DNA from: the human T2T-CHM13v2.0 reference genome, Homo sapiens
Assembly (NCBI RefSeq): GCF_009914755.1
Contig: NC_060946.1
DNA length: 64,000 bases
Reading direction: 5' to 3' (one strand)
Shown here: one piece after another, positions 46,507 to 64,000 of the stretch
Layout of the letters: each line of letters begins with the position of its first letter
Numbering within the stretch: position 1 is the stretch's first letter
Position numbers and translations under genes: made by a program
Notes under the pieces: model-generated
Seen by the model: only the letters and a program-made list of their open reading frames with translations
Told to the model about the DNA's origin: nothing
The model's database searches: none

Positions 46507-48673
46507 CTACCTCCTACGTGAAAATACTGACTAGCGCTTTAGGAAGTTGTGATTTGTCTAATAGGTAGTCTCTGCAGCCTCCTCTGGATGTGAGATAATG
46601 ACCTCACTCGAGACTTTCCAAATCCATTTACGCTCAGCCTTTTAGGAAGGTATCTGTTGCTTAAAAGTTGTCTTACCTGAATGTCTCTTTCTTGGTCCCC
46701 CACCCCCAGCCCTTTAATCCTGAAAGGTAAGTTGGAGCCTTGTATATATGGAAGTCCTACACAGAACTCTAAAATAGGGCAACACAAGGGCTGGACATTC
46801 ATTTGGTCTTAGAAAGCCTGTGACATGCCTAAAGTCACACCAAAGCTGGCTGGTGGCAGTAAGCTGATTGGAATCCAGATTGTTAAAATCTCTACTTTGG
46901 GCAGCCTCATTCCCAACATTTCAAGGGCTCAGAGTTTTTGGGTCTGGAAAGGTGCCTAGAAGGCATCCAGTCTAATGCCTTAATTGAGTCGTTAGATTGT
47001 CAGACCCCTTTCCCTCCACCCCACACACTCAGTCTGGGCACCTCACCTAAATTCTGGTCTTCACTTCTCCCTACGAGATCTCAGCTCTCCCTCCATCTGC
47101 AGCCCAGCCCTGTCTCCTGAAGTGCAGATGTGGGCAGCCAGCAGCCTGCTAGGCTTATCTACCCGGATGTCTCCCGGGCATGTCCAGAGGTAGCCCTTTT
47201 CTTCTTGAACTGACTCCTGCCTCCCTGATCTCACTCTCTCAGCTGTAGGCATTGCCTACCTTTTATTAGGTGCCTAGAAACCCGGGTATCCTCTTCTTCC
47301 TCATCTCTCTCTTGCCATCTCATCCAGTCTACTTCCCACCTTGTTGGTTTACCTCCTCAGTACTCAACTATCTGGCTGGCTGTCCCCTCCTCTCCATCCT
47401 TCTGCCCCTGTGAGGCCACCTCCCACCCACCAGCTTGTTCCCTGTCCACACACAACTGCTGCAACGACTCCCACATTGAATGGCAGCACTTTCGGCTTAA
47501 TATTCGTCAGTGACTCACCATTACCTTCCATTAAAATCCAGCTTCCAAGGCTGCGTGCGGACTTCTCCAGCCTCTTATTTAGCTCTACACACCTGTCTGG
47601 AATTTTCTCTGCTTCAGCGACACCAAGGACTCTGGGCTGTCCACCAGCACCACGCAGCTCTCACCTCTGGAGACCCTCACCTCTGCTGTCCTCTCTTTGC
47701 AGAATACCTCTCCCTTTCCATTCTTCCCTTCCACTCCCATTTGCCTTTCCATCTGGCCCTCATCTCCTCCAAGAAGTCTTCCAAGCCCCCTCTCCCCAGG
47801 GTGCCCACCTGCCTGCACCCTCAGTTCCCTGTGTGCACCCCGGCCCCTGCATTAGGACATTCCATCTTCCTGTCTCCTCCACTAGACCCAGAACCTTCGA
47901 GGGGAGGGATGGTTGTCCTCACCCCTGTGAGGCAATATGCTGTCCATTAGTATCCACTGAATGCGTGAAATTTTTTTCTAATGGGCAAACTGAGGCTCAG
48001 AGAAGTTCCTGTCTGGCTCAAGGTTATTGGTTCATCATTCTGGAGCAGGGCCTGGAACCCGGGCCCCTGACTCGGCTCTACAGGCACCCGCGCAACACCC
48101 CAGCCCCCGCGTGACTCACGCGCGCTCACGGCCGCCCGCAGCTGCCACTGGTCCCCTGCGCCCCTCCGCCCGTCCCCGCCGCAGCCCAGTGGGTAAGGGG
48201 CGGGGAGCAGGTCCAGCGGGGAGAGACGGGACTGGGATGCAGGCACCTTTCCGGGCCTGGCACCTGGAGCCCGCGGGGGCGGCTCCTGGACCGCCCGCAG
48301 CGTGGACCCGGGACCAGTTCCCGCTTGCGGGCGCGGGCGCCGCGGGAAGGGGAGGGGCCCTCGGCGGGGCCGACGGGCGCGCGGTCACGTGGTGCGGGTG
48401 GCAGCGGCGGCGGCTGGCGGCGGCGGCAACGGTGCGCGCGGACAGGGGCGGCGCGGCGCCGAGCGAGCCGAGGCGAGGTCCCGGGGAGGGCGCGGCGGCG
48501 CGGGGCGCAGGGGCGGCGCGGCGGGGCCGCGGGCCGGGCGGGTGGGAGGAGAGCGCGAAGGGGCGAGGCCCGTTTGCAGGGGCCGCTCGGCCCGGGGAAG
48601 CCCGCGCCCCGCTCAGCCTTGCAGCCCCGCGCCCGGAGCATCTCCCTGGAGGAACGGAGACAAAGGAGGATTC

Positions 48674-63277
<14,604 letters not shown>

Positions 63278-63706
63278 GTGGGTGCCTGGGGCACTGCTCC
63301 TCCACTGATGCCCCCTTGCGACCTCTGGGATGTGTATTGTGCACGTCCTCTGTCTGTCTTTTCCCTTTCTGTACTCCCCCCAACCTTGCCTGACCCAGAC
63401 CAGAAGTGACATAGGGGGATGGGGAGGACTATGGCCCTGGACTGTGAACCCACAGAAGGGCTCCCTGTACCCAGAAAGCCTTCTATCCCCAGACCACATA
63501 AAAGCCTCCTTTTCCCCAACAAGGTCTGGCAAAAACAGTATTTGGGGTGATGGGAGGGGCAGCAGGCAGGAAGAGCATCAGGCTGGGGTCCAGGAGGATC
63601 TATGCTGTGGTCAGACCCTGCCTTAGTTTCCCCTCTATGAAATGCAGGGGTTAGACTGAGTGGCTTATAGGCTTCCCCCGCTAGAATAACTTAAAAAAAT
63701 TAAATT

Positions 63707-64000
<294 letters not shown>

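Noticed and set aside
47341-48114. 257-aa ORF upstream of the SEPTIN3 CpG island
   Set aside because: Pyrimidine-rich degenerate L2/MIR-like sequence; TTG start

Overview
Human (primate) genomic DNA, very Alu-dense, recognisable from its encoded proteins as the chr22q13.2 interval CENPM - SMIM45 (LINC00634) - SEPTIN3. Minus strand: complete 6-exon CENPM (180 aa), plus the alternative intronic first exon encoding the PANE1 minor histocompatibility peptide RVWDLPGVLK. That exon lies in an antisense L2 element next to an 880-bp pure-purine repeat. Plus strand: SMIM45, whose last exon carries two ORFs in tandem, a 68-aa single-TM microprotein and the reported young de novo ORF. In this haplotype an (AG)n microsatellite puts the de novo ORF in a frame giving 153 aa; 4 nt fewer would give the published 107 aa. 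The SMIM45 intron holds a 192/193-identical inverted duplication. SEPTIN3 follows with two alternative N-termini (a 501-aa repeat-containing extension or MSK) and coding exons up to about residue 255; the gene runs off the window end. Most ORFs in the track are Alu, GC-rich or simple-repeat artefacts. Gene identities come from recalled protein sequences; repeat boundaries and subfamilies were judged by eye and are approximate.
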